A stretch of 64,000 nucleotides of DNA from Hormiphora californensis (lineage: Eukaryota > Animalia > Ctenophora). Below the pieces are notes generated by a model. That model was not told the DNA's origin and ran no database searches. It was given only the letters and a program-made list of their open reading frames with translations. Shown here piece by piece: positions 1-11,689 of the stretch. Position 1 is the stretch's first letter. Every line of letters begins with the position of its first letter. The stretch lies in the NCBI GenBank assembly GCA_020137815.1, contig CM035353.1:3038001-3102000 (forward strand). The letters are read 5' to 3'. The position numbers and the translations under genes are program-made.

Positions 1-230
1 ACTAATAGGAGGGCGGTGTGGAAGTTAGTTGATAGGGATGAAGATACGCCCAGGTATAATAGTGTCGGAGTTTTTGAAGTTGTTAGGGGGTGACAACTTC
101 AAAAAATACGACTTTATACTGCTCTTGTTTCAAACCGAACCTTTGGACATGGCCATGACATGTCAAATACACAACGAACAACGAAGAAATCAGCTTATTA
201 TTGCATTGGTTTTCCTATTCAAGCCAGAAA

Positions 231-1051
231 GCTTCCCGCCCCCTAACTACACTCCATTTCATATCAGGTTGCTTGGTAGGGCAGGCTTCCCGCCCCCTAA
301 CTACACTCCATTTCATATCAGGTTGCTTGGTAGGGCAGCTTCCCGCCCCCTAACTACACTCCATTTCATATCAGGTTGCTTGGTAGGGCAGTGCTCCCCG
401 CCCCCTAACTACACTCCATTTCATATCAGGTTGCTTGGTAGGGCAGTGCTCCCCGCCCCCTAACTACACTCCATTTCATATCAGGTTGCTTGGTAGGGCA
501 GTGCTCCCCCCCCCTAACTACACTCCATTTCATATCAGGTTGCTTGGTAGGGCAGTGCTCCCCGCCCCCCTAACTACAATCCATTTCATATCAGGTTGCT
601 TGGTAGGGCAGTGCTCCCCGCCCCCTAACTACACTCCATTTCATATCAGGTTGCTTGGTAGGGCAGGCTTCCCGCCCCCCTAACTACACTCCATTTCATA
701 TCAGGTTGCTTGGTAGGGCAGTGCTCCCCGCCCCCTAACTACACTCCATTTCATATCAGGTTGCTTGGTAGGGCAGTGCTCCCCGCCCCCTAACTACACT
801 CCATTTCATATCAGGTTGCTTGGTAGGGCAGTGCTCCCCCGCCCCCTAACTACACTCCATTTCATATCAGGTTGCTTGGTAGGGCAGCTTCCCCGCCCCC
901 TAACTACACTCCATTTCATATCAGGTTGCTTGGTAGGGCAGCTTCCCGCCCCCTAACTACACTCCATTTCATATCAGGTTGCTTGGTAGGGCAGTGCTTC
1001 CCGCCCCCCTAACTACACTCCATTTCATATCAGGTTGCTTGGTAGGGCAGT
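231..1051 (+). repeat. Minisatellite, 15 copies of a ~54-55 bp unit containing the aquaporin splice acceptor and exon start
   Basis: Unit CTTCCCGCCCCCTAACTACACTCCATTTCATATCAG|GTTGCTTGGTAGGGCAG counted 15 times; the last copy runs into the exon LLGRAVLAEFLGT. Confidence 0.95.
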
Positions 1052-2352
1052 GCTTGCTGAGTTTCTCGGTACACTTCTTCTAATTGGAATCGGAATCGGA
1101 CTAGCTAATCCGAGGGTGTTGGGGAAACTTGAACCTGGAAACCGGATCCTATACTCCCCCAATATGGGAATCGGTGCCAGCCTAGGTATATATAACCATC
1201 TGTTACCATGGTTATCCAATTAGTTTACCATGGTTACCCAATTAGTTTACACGGTAACCATGGTAACCATATTATGGTAACCAAATTACGTGCTTGCAGC
1301 GGTTGGAGCACTGGTATATGTGGGCCTGCCCGTGAGTGGTGGCCATATCAATCCCGCAGTCTCCCTGGGTCTGTTTCTTGACAAACGGATTAGCGTCCTC
1401 CGCCTCTTCCTTTACTGGGCAGCACAGTTTATCGGGGGAATTGCCGGTGCAGGTATGTTAAATACTGGTCTCTGATTGGCTCATAACCAGTCACGTGACC
1501 TAAATAACGAGTTCTGATTGGTTGTTTACTTGTGTCGGTCTGTTCCTGACACTATCCCTGAAGAAGCCGATACAGCTGTAGCTGCACTATATCTCACCCA
1601 TCATGTGGCTTATCAATTTCACAATGGAATTGTTAAACATTCTATATTATAGGTTTGATATTCGTGTTATGTAACTACAAGGACCGTCCGAGTCCTACCA
1701 CCGGTACTGTGAGTTATGACCTTGTTGAATACACCTACCCCCAAGTGTTCTTCAACGAGGTATTTGGAACAATGCTACTAATACTGGCAGTGTATGCCAC
1801 CTTTATCGAACCCAACCAGGACCTGAACTACTTGAAATGTATCGTTATTTCAATCACTTGTATGGTAAGTCATGGAGAATTGTTGAACTGCCAAACAGCT
1901 TCAACCACCGACAGCCAACTTCATGAGCCATGACAGCCAAACAACCTAATTATAAATTAGAATCAAACCAAAAAAATATTAGAGACTAGAATCAAAGTTT
2001 GATTCAAACCTAATTTATCACAATTGTAGTTATAAATGCAGTTAATGCAGTTAACCGATATATAACTATTTCAGATAGCTAATCCGATGTGTTGCATAAA
2101 CCCAGCAAGGGGCCTTGCCTTTAATGTTATTACCCTTCAGAAACTAAACAGTGTTGGAGTAAGTATAAAAGGGGTAAAAGCTGTAATTCGGAACACATTT
2201 TTCATCATTGTACATTAGCATGATTAGGTATTCCCTGGGTTAAAATGGTGCTAATATAACCATCGCCCACAATTCAGGCATCTGTTTTTGGGCCGCTGTT
2301 TGGTGCTATAGTTGCAGCTGTGATTTACAACACTGTTCTGAAAACAAACTGA
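1034..2352 (+). CDS. Aquaporin (MIP family), spliced; first exon not located
   Basis: Phase-compatible GT-AG exons 1034-1185, 1300-1452, 1653-1864, 2075-2158, 2278-2352; motifs AEFLGT, SGGHINPAVS, NEVFGT, INPAR, GPLFGA; stop TGA 2350-2352. Confidence 0.92.
1461..1548. mobile_element. Partial CAGGAACCGACCGAA-family MITE in aquaporin intron
   Basis: Matches the intact copy at 35384-35492 (ACTGG..TGATTGGC..GTCACGTGACC..GTTCCTG). Confidence 0.8.
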
Positions 2353-2386
2353 GAGAATTTCAACAAGGCATGGAGCTGTAACCAAA

Positions 2387-2480
2387 CCAGGAAATACTGG
2401 TCCCTGATTGGCTGATAACCAGTCACGTGACCTAAATAACGAGTTCTGATTGGTTGTTTACTTGTTTCGGTCGGTTCCTG
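2387..2480. mobile_element. Same MITE family just 3' of the aquaporin stop
   Basis: CAGGAAATACTGG...TTCGGTCGGTTCCTG, near-identical to 35384-35492. Confidence 0.85.
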
Positions 2481-3020
2481 ATCAATACAAGGCCCCATTC
2501 TGCAGCTTGTTATGTTCCTACCCGAACAAGTAACACCTCCCAGCCATTATCTCAGTACCATGATGGACAATTAAATTGAGACTATGACCTTTGTGATGCC
2601 TTGAAATGATTGTGACTTGAGCAGCCATGATACATGTATCTTGAAAATGATCATTAATCATGATAATTGATTGAATATCGACATATAATATGCAAATTAA
2701 AAACAACGGTAGTTTTTAAGGTCTATATACGCATGTTTCATGATGTCCCACGAGGGGACACCAATCATCAGTAGACAAAGATCAAAATGAGAATGAATTG
2801 TGATAAAGTATGACTCCTTCATAAACCACGTCAGTCAAACGTTCCTAGTTAGAATTAGTAGCTCCATTTCGTCACATCTTCGTATCTTGGACATCTAGAA
2901 TCCCCAGTTTCAAAGTACGTCAACCATTTCCCTTTCTTGGAGTGTGTAATCTGTATTCCATTTTGATCATTGTTCCTCAAAACCAGACGTCGTACGTGTC
3001 CTCAGATCCACAAGAGAGCT

Positions 3021-4274
3021 CTACAACCACCTCCTATTATGTATATTTTTGCCCATTATATCAGCTTTTTTTCTGTGCTTGCCCCCCCCCCTCTCCCTGT
3101 CCCAGTACCTGATTATGTTTGTAACATTGACAAATGACGGGACTTGCTGTTCTCTCAGGATCAGATCTTCTTCCCTCACGAACAGCGGAGGATCAGGTCT
3201 CTTCCTGTAACATTTGATATTGTATCATTTGACAGCGGAGGATCAGGTCTCTTCCTGTAACATATGATATTGTATCATTTGACAGCGGAGGATCAGGTCT
3301 CTTCCTGTAACATTTGACAATGGAGGATCAGGTCTCTTCCTGTAACATTTGGGGCGTTGGTTACAATGCTACATACCTAGATACATCATGACGTGCCACT
3401 ATTGTAGTTTGGGGCGTTGGTGATCCTCTCGTCACACACGTAAACTCCGCCCTGCCTTATAATAGGGGGAGAGGGGTATAATAGGGGGAGAGGGGTATAC
3501 TAGGGGAGATCGGGGTACAATAGGGGGAGGGGGTATAATAGGGGAGGGGGTATTAGGGGGAGATGGGTATAGGGGGAGATGGGTATAGGGGGAGAGGGGA
3601 AGAGGGGGAGAGGGGTATAATAGGGGGAGAGGGGTATAGGGCGAGATGGGTATAATTATAGGGGGAGAGGGGTATAATAGGGGGAGAGGGGTATAATTAT
3701 AGGGGGAGAGGGGTATAGGGGAGAGGGGTATAATAGGGGGAGAGGGGTATACTGTAGCGGTGAAACAATGAATAAACTTAGGTTTATTAACACAACAGAC
3801 AAACAAGCCGAAAGCAACAACAAATTCACATTTAGATGACAAACATACATGACTACCGACAAACATGCATAGTGGATCAGCTGACAGTTCAGCTGATGCC
3901 ACAAGAGATCTCCCGGGGACGTCTCTGTGAGATATCTCCGGAGGTGCAAGGAGGCCGAAAGTGTTTATCAAATAATTGTTTTTTTAAACTTTTTTTTAAA
4001 ACTTTTTTTCGCTAATTTCCTACCTCCGGGAGGGGATGTGGTGTTGACGGGTGGTTTGAGGATATGTGCACTGAACTCCTCCTCTATGCTACGCTGCACC
4101 TGTTGATCTCTGCACGTAGTGCAGAATTATCAGTGAATTGCTACAAAAAATACTCGAGCTATTGAATTGATTATATGTATCGAGTTAAATCCTTACTTGA
4201 GTCGTTTGCGGATATTTCTGCAGCGTGACTGTAGATTTGGCATGAAACCCCCACAATCTTTCAAATGGTTGCAC
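3021..4274 (-). CDS. Unidentified multi-exon gene, 3' part; exact splicing uncertain
   Basis: GT-AG bounded exons translate as CNHLKDCGGFMPNLQSRCRNIRKRLK/DQQVQRSIEEEF... and ARHDVSR/KRPDPPLFVREEDLILREQQVPSFVNVTNIIR/RWL*; the junction around 3850-3930 is unresolved. Confidence 0.45.
3182..3350 (-). repeat. Tandem repeat (about 4 copies, 35-50 bp) of a splice acceptor/exon start
   Basis: On - strand the unit is ...AATGTTACAG|GAAGAGACCTGATCCTCCGCTGT. Confidence 0.85.
3459..3750. repeat. G-rich minisatellite (TAGGGGGAGAGGGGTA-like), intronic
   Basis: Visible tandem units of about 14-22 bp. Confidence 0.9.
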
Positions 4275-5371
4275 CTGTAACAACAGGGGTTATAAACAGG
4301 GAGGACCTGGTGGTGTATAACACTATATAATCATTACCGCGTGCATCAATGAGACCATGATGATTTATTTGTAAAGATAAAAAATATTTACAAAACTATA
4401 ATTTATAGTATAAAGACCCCGCCCGTTTCGAATTCTCAATGCACTGATATCTAATGAGATATGATCGGGTTTTACAGTAGCGCTCACTGAGATTGCATAA
4501 TTGATCTCAGAACGCTTAAGAAAACCTTTTGTAGACTCCCATTGCTTTGCACTCTTTTCGTGTTAAATCCGCAACAACAGATCCGGAGTTAAACAGAAGT
4601 AACAAATAAACCAGGCCCATGATAAGCTGCAGTGCAGGCAGAGAGATCCGTTAAATTGGTATAGAAGCAAGCAAACAATATATTCCAATGTCTACTAGAG
4701 AGAGAGATTACTTTTAGGAAGGATCCACGCAAAAAGAGCTGAGGTAAAAGAAGAGACGATTTAAGAGAAGTATAAAGACGCGATCCTGCTACTTAATCCC
4801 ACACACTCTCAATCCCTGCAGCAGTCCATCTCTATATACTACTCGATGGCTCGGAGGGAAAGCCGCGGTTCACTAATTCCACATCATATGGTTCTCTTTA
4901 TGCCATACATATATGAGTTACAGGGAAATGGGTTTATATGACATCGGCCTTGCTCACAAAACATGCATATACCCCAAATATTTACTTATGGATATGGTAT
5001 TGAAAGAAGGACGAGAGAGACAGAGACAGAGATCAGAGAGATTGAGAGATATATAGAGAGGAAAAAATGAAGAAACAAATCTAATCTAAAATTCGCATCA
5101 ATCAAACTATCAAATGCGACGGTCTTCAAAAAATGTAGATGTTGTCCCAACTCATATCACAATATACGATATAAGCAATGATGGGCGACTGGTGAAGAAT
5201 GCAGACATCGACCCTTGAACGAATTGTTGAGTAGAGATGCGTCGCGGCCTCTCGATCACTAATCGTTGCATATAATCCACAAAAAATTACTAGGCAATGA
5301 TTCATTGCCTGGAAGTTCCAGTGATGTCTGTTGACTATTTGCAACACTCCTAAGCTGGTATTAATAAACGG

Positions 5372-5666
5372 GGATTCGCGGATTCGCGGATAATGTCCCG
5401 GATCGCGGATAAAATCGCGGATAATTAATCCCGGATTGGATCGCGGATCGCGGATAAGTAATCACGGATTGCGGATCGGGGATAAGTGATCGCGGATTGC
5501 GGATCGCGGATCGCGGATTGCGCATCGCGGATTGCGGATTGCGGATCGCGGATTGCGGATCGCGGATTGCGGATCGCGGATAAGTAATTGCGGATTGCGG
5601 ATCGCGGATAAGTAATCGCGGATTGCGGATCGCGGATAAGTAATCGCGGATTGCGGATCGCGGATT
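5372..5666. repeat. (GCGGATY)n 7-bp tandem repeat
   Basis: Visible array with periodic AAGTAATC spacers. Confidence 0.9.
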
Positions 5667-5819
5667 TGTGTTTGACCTTGTGTTGTCTCTCTTATTAGTG
5701 TCTATCTCCCTCTTTCTTCATCTCTATCTCAATTTCTCTGTCGTCACGTCTTTGTCTATTTTCTACTTTATATGGGGGATCTCATCACGCACAGTGGACT
5801 ACTGAGTACTGGGTTAAAT

Positions 5820-5955
5820 GTGGGATCTGATACTCACTGGGGTGATCTGATACTCTCTGGGGTGATCTGATCATGGGTGGGGTGATCTGATCCTCAGTGG
5901 GGTGATCTGATCTTGGGTGGGGGATCTGATCATGCATGTGGGGTTATGTGATCTG
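5820..5955. repeat. ~20-bp tandem repeat (GGGGTGATCTGAT...)
   Basis: About 6-7 copies visible. Confidence 0.85.
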
Positions 5956-6544
5956 AGCTGATGACGGGAATTTTTGGAACCCTTTCCATGCATGGTAAGA
6001 TGAACGTTTGTTAGCTTATCGCGTTAAAGGTTTATTTTTAAATCGCCTCCCCCCCCCCACACACACCCTAGCGGCTGGCGCTTCGGGATCGGGGTCGTGA
6101 TTTGATCCTTATATTTGATCATTATAGTTCAGGTGCCAAGATCTCTTGGGAGAAAATAGTCGTGAAATACAGATTGCCTCAGTTCTACCTAAAATTAAAT
6201 TGTAGATGCGAGATGCCCCGTCCGAAGATTGTTACATGCTCAAAGCGCTAAATTTATATATTTTGAAAGAGTCCATTAAATCATTCCGTTCGAACTTCGA
6301 ATAGAACGCATATAAGTGCATAACGGAACGCACAATTTTAAATGAAATACGCAAACAGTCTCTTTGTTCTATGATACTACAATATGAAACTGTGGCGATC
6401 GTACCGAACTATCCCCGTGGTCTCTCTATACTCGCTCTTTCTTACTGTAGCACTCTTGTTTACTGTAGCACTGGGTTCTCTCCCTCTCTCCCTTTCTCTT
6501 CTTCGGGTCATGTGATCACTGAAGTTCAAAGGTTTCATTGAGAA

Positions 6545-6778
6545 ATCATTTGCAAGAGGCTGATTTTTTTTACTGGAATACTGGTTCAATGTTCATCTCT
6601 CGAGGTGTTCTTTATCCAAACAGAGCCAATTTCACCGTTTTCGGTATTTTCGCCGAGTTGGAACATAGCTGTGACCGGATATTAGCCAAAAATGCCAAAA
6701 ACGGTGAAATTGACTCAGTTTGGATAAAAAACACCTCGAGATATGTACCAGTAAAGAATGAAGCCAATTGCAAATGAA
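6545..6778. mobile_element. Imperfect hairpin, probable MITE
   Basis: CTCGAGGTGTTCTTTATCCAAAC...AATTTCACCGTTTT pairs with AAAACGGTGAAATT...GTTTGGATAAAAACACCTCGAG. Confidence 0.6.
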
Positions 6779-7583
6779 GGCATCCATCCGGATGATCGTT
6801 TTAGCACGTGTGCTAAAAAGATCATAAAGGGTTTAGAAATCTCGGATTTAAAATAGTAACTCGAGCGTGGTTAAAATCGATACATAGGATATGGATGGAT
6901 ACATAGTGCAAATATTCTTGTTGGAATAAGGATTTCGCTCAGCTCCAAGAAGTGCCCCAGAGACGGTGCTCCACTCGCAATTGTACTAGCCTTAGGTACC
7001 TAGTAATAGGTATAATAATAAACGCAGTACATCCAAACATATTTTCTAGGGACGTTCTATGGAAATTCTAGATACATTTCGATTTTTATTACTATTTGAT
7101 GGAAATTTTCAAACTTTCATCAACTGCAACGTGAAGCTGTTTATTGGGAATTGTTGCTACATAGTAAGATGCATAATTGACTATGTGTGACTGAATAATG
7201 TGCGTTGAATATTAGAACTAGAATTTCTTGCCTCGCTCTAAATGCTCGACCCCTTCTCAACAAAACAAAGACTTTCTTGATCTACCGAACCCTCACCGAG
7301 TGAAATTTAAATATTTAAGTAACGACGCAAAGAATTTTAACTAAATGAAATAACAGCAAACTTATAAATTTCACTCACAGCAGCTAAAACAATCAGCTCC
7401 TGCACGGCTTTACAACTTATTAAAGCTTATTTATTATTTACTAGCGCACCCACTGGGCCAAATTACCCCACTATTAATAATACCCTATGCATGTAGTCGA
7501 TCAAAAAGCAGCACAGCAAGGTTCAATCAACTAATATCGAGAGTTTTCTTGCCCCCCCCCCCCCCTAATATAATCGAGAGTTT

Positions 7584-10500
7584 TTACATCTGTGACTGTT
7601 CTTCTCCCGATTTTGGTGCAATATTGTTCTCTCCCATTTGATTCATCTCGATCTCCTCAACCTTGGGCCCTTGAAACCTCCTTCTCCACCACTGCCTCCA
7701 CCTTCCCCACCACTGCCTCCACCATTTCCAGACAACTTGACCCACATTGTACACCGCATCGCTGTACAGCAGGGGGTTTATGGTTGAGTTAATGGGAAGA
7801 ACGATGACGGAGAAGATACCGTAGTACGGCGTCGCATCCACAACCTCAGTCATGTGGAAAAATGAGACGGTCAAGAGAGGGAGCCAGCAGATCAAATCTG
7901 TAACGATGATCATGCTGACTTTACGTTGGATCTTCTGCTGACGTTTTATCCTAGCCTGCAAGCCGGGGTTGTGATTGCCCTCTTGGTTCATTCGGAGGTT
8001 TGCCATACTTTTCCGGGATGATGCTTCGATACAGGCATAACAGGAACATATGACAGCTAAGCAAATAAGGTTCAAAATTTGATAGGTCAGAGAAAAGGCG
8101 AACTGTGGATCACCGGGGAGAACAAAAAATTTGAATAGGCACACCGCTTCGTTACCATAGAAACCGATCAAAGAGTTCAAGCCTTCAAAGTTTCCATAGT
8201 CATTTGTGTACATGCCCCTTATGAGTGCTGTTATCTTATCCCAAGTTAGTCCAGTTCCAGTTGGGTTCCGCAAGATTCGTCCATAATACGCCTCTATAAC
8301 CTCCAAATGCTCACCTTTATCGATCTTACCAATGAAAAACTTCACGTCTTCGCTCCAAACTTGGCCATTCCCAAAAACATCCTCAAAGTTTCTCAGAAGA
8401 ATTACTGGAAAAAGTGCAAAGACGAGTGAAATGATGATTATGCCACCTGATAATATCAGGGGAGTCTTCAGCTTAATCTCTGAGTTAGTGCGATGAAGTC
8501 CAGTCAGTATACCCCTAACTCGAAACATACTGAGGATGGTCAAGGCCATGACTGACATCGCGCTGCCCGTAGTGCTGACAATACCCAGAGCGTCACAGTA
8601 CCTGCTGGCCAGCCAGTAATCCTGTCTCTCACAGTAGTTTCCTTGGACAGCATCAGAAATCGAGTTCGCTAGTAGATAAGATCCCGTGAGAAGATCCCCG
8701 ATGCAGATAGTTATTACAAGTAGCCTGTTTTCTAGCCCTGCTTGGTTTTCCACTGTCCGTAGCTCAAGAGCAACACTTGCCAATGTCCAGAGGTTCAATC
8801 CAACAGCGAGAGAGCCAAATAAAAATGCGCTTCCTTTTAAGTGAAAGCCTTGTAAAATTTCCTTTCTGCATCTGTCGTTGCACTCATCTGATAAGTCCAT
8901 ACAATTGGGTACTCCATCACATACCTTGTACAGGGGAAAATATAACTGACTTTGACCTTTTGTGGTCTTACATCGAAAATGGTTCTCACAGTTTTTCTCA
9001 TCGCTTCCATCTCCACAGTCATCGATCAAGTTGCAGACTTTATCAAATGGTAGACACTTATTGTTCTCACACTCGAAAATATCCTGTCCAAATGAATCTT
9101 CTTTTCTCGTCACAAATGTCAAGGCATTTTCGTTGGCAATCGTGTGGAATCTGTTTTTAATTTCTGTCGCACATGAGTGGAATTTAAGTGGACTTTTCGA
9201 GATAAGACAATTTCCACTACAAACCCCAAGACAAACCAAATAGACATGAAGTTCGCCAAAAGTATAGAGACAGGAAAAGTTGTCAGGTGCCATTAATTTT
9301 GTCTCACGTTCAATGCCGAATATTGTTGAGTTCCTCATCTGAGCAGAGCTGTAACTCGAACAGTTGCCTAGCAACAACTCAAGGTTTTCCAGGCCAGGTA
9401 AGCAATGTCCTAGGTATTTGTTCCAAATGGTAACCTGAACTGCCTTATCGTGAACATCTGGAACAAGTCTCCGACAGACTGCGTTCTCATTCCCGCACGT
9501 ATCGACACCATCGCACAGCAAGCTGGAAGGAATGATTGTCCTGTGGGCCAAACTCGCAGCGAAAGACGTCTTTGCAGGTGCTATTATCCTTGACAAACCT
9601 TTGAAAATTTCCTGTTCCACAAGAAGGCCATTGCTCCAGGATCTCATCTTCCCCATCAACACAGTCCTCAACTCCGTCACCCAACCAATCCAACGGGAAC
9701 GATGGGGAATAGACTGTGGGCTGGAGTTTCCTCCTGCATCCAGTGCCAGTCATCCACTTGCATTGAAACTCGTCTTGGCCAGTGGGACAATCGTGGTTGT
9801 TGTCACAAACCTGGTGCTTGTGGATGGTGCAGGTAGAGGTCACATCCACACAGAGGATATCCAGGTTGTCGTCACAGAGCCCCTGTCTAAGACCACCGCA
9901 CACCATAACTTTAGCAACGGTGGACATGTAGCCGCGTATTGGACACGACAGGGCTACCCTGGCCGGATCGGAACAATTTGTCTGGTCCATGAAATCCAGA
10001 CAATTGGGCATGTACAAAAAGAATGACGAATCGCTACCGGGTTTTTTGTAGCGGTGACTAACTTTTATAGTGGCGCAGCGGGTGAAGTTGAATATTGGTA
10101 CGGTGAACAATCTCCCAGCATGCCTCACTGTACAGGAGGCGGTGTCATTCCCAACATCACAAGACCGTGTGTCTCCCTCCATATTGCATAGGTTCCGGTC
10201 CAAAGTTAACCCGCTAAAAATACACGCCCCCCATGCAGGCTTATATGGGGCATTTTGTCTACACTGGTACCCGTAGATATAGTTGCCACAGCGGATCTCA
10301 TCCCTACACGTGTCCTCGTCACATAACCCATCACAATTGACAATCAATTCAACGGCCCTACACTGTCCATCGTACTGTTGGATATTCCGACATTGGTCAT
10401 CTCGTGATTCCGGGTTGCAAATATCACGCATAGCCCGGGGATAGAAGGTTGAAGTTTTGGTAAAGCCAGTAGGACAGACACCCACCCCGCAGAGACCCTC

Positions 10501-10815
10501 CTGGGGTAGTAGACTAGCCATGTCCACGCCAGGGAGGTATCCACACATTTCGTAATGTTGGGGGTCCTGAGGGCATGTCGCGTTGAAGCTCCACCGAACC
10601 GCATCCCCCACGGCAATGGAGTAGTAGTAGTCGTTTGAGTTGTGGCACTGGAACAATTTGGTGTAATCGTGAGAGAGGTAGGCGGAGAGATGGTGGGTAC
10701 AAATACGCTTCAGGAAGCCCAGGTAAGGGGTTATCTTGCAATCTACCGGGATTAGAAAGCATTGTACAGGCTGCTGCAGAACGAGAAGCAAAACTATCAT
10801 TTTGAAGGAAGTCAT
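7584..10815 (-). CDS. Intronless LDLa-repeat class A GPCR (RXFP/GRL101-like 7TM, no LRRs), one frameshift near 9545
   Basis: Signal peptide MTSFKMIVLLLVLQQPVQC; LDLa repeats (VCDNNHDCPTGQDE, VCNLIDDCGDGSDE, VCDGVPNCMDLSDE); 7TM with IGDLLTG, FYGNEAVC, TDLICWLP, LPINSTINPLLY; ORFs 9487-10815 and 7584-9680 join at FRCEFGPQ/RTIIPSSLLCDG. Confidence 0.9.
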
Positions 10816-11689
10816 AATATCTGAAACAGGTTCAAACCACCTTCAGTAAATGAGTTCGACGTTCGTATCAACTTATATACTTCTAGTACTATTGACCTCT
10901 TAAAAGCCAGAGCAATCAAAGGTGTAAAAAGATACCGTGAGACACGCGTTATTTTGATTATTAACTCAACATAAGTGACGCCATGCAAAGTTAAATATGC
11001 GTTCAATGAGCGTGTCCCGGGGACACTGTCCCCCATGTATTTTTGATATGAATTATTTATTAATTTATATTTGAACTTATGATTCCCTTCCGCTAGCTTG
11101 ATATGGGTTTGTCAATTGTCAATATGTTATGTTCGCAAAAGGCAAGCTTCCCCTCGTCCGACCCGAAGTTGGAATCATATGGGTTTAGTTTGTCGAACCG
11201 GCAAGTTGCTAACATTTTCAAATCTTCACTACTTCTCAAATGATCCCATACTTTCAGTCTAATCCCAAAATCCTATTAAAAATAGAGACAAAAATAACGG
11301 CACCAAACTGTGAAATGCCCTTGCATTAGTGCGAGTAGAATAAAATCAATTTTCTATCTAAAGGCCGAGTTTATAGCAAGAAAGGACTATTTACAACGAA
11401 TTCTCTGGTTAGTATGGTAACCAACTCCGTTGTCATGGTAAATCAATCGAACTCTATCGAGTTCTATCGCCAGCAACTGGATGAAAATTTATCCATTTCA
11501 TTATGCACAATGCACAGGCTTTGGTTACGAAGTTACCCCTTGCCAGCGTGTGCACGCGAAGGTCGCCCGGCGACAGAGTGTGAGGTGTCTTCGATACCAA
11601 GCACAGGCTTGTGTAACAAAAAGGGGCGTTTTATAGCTTATTGTTCATCATAACCTGAAATAAATAATTTTCATTACTTTCACAAAGGC

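Noticed and set aside
231-1051. CRISPR array or repetitive PPNYTPFH protein
   Set aside because: No unique spacers and no cas genes; unit lengths vary and shift frame
2855-3033. Selenoprotein-like read-through (GGCRALLWI-TGA-GHVRRL...) on - strand
   Set aside because: Upstream exon phase gives RWL-TAG instead; no known Sec motif and no SECIS recognised
4500-5350. Possible decayed hAT transposase remnant beside the GCGGATY array
   Set aside because: Too degenerate; no convincing motif, TIR or TSD
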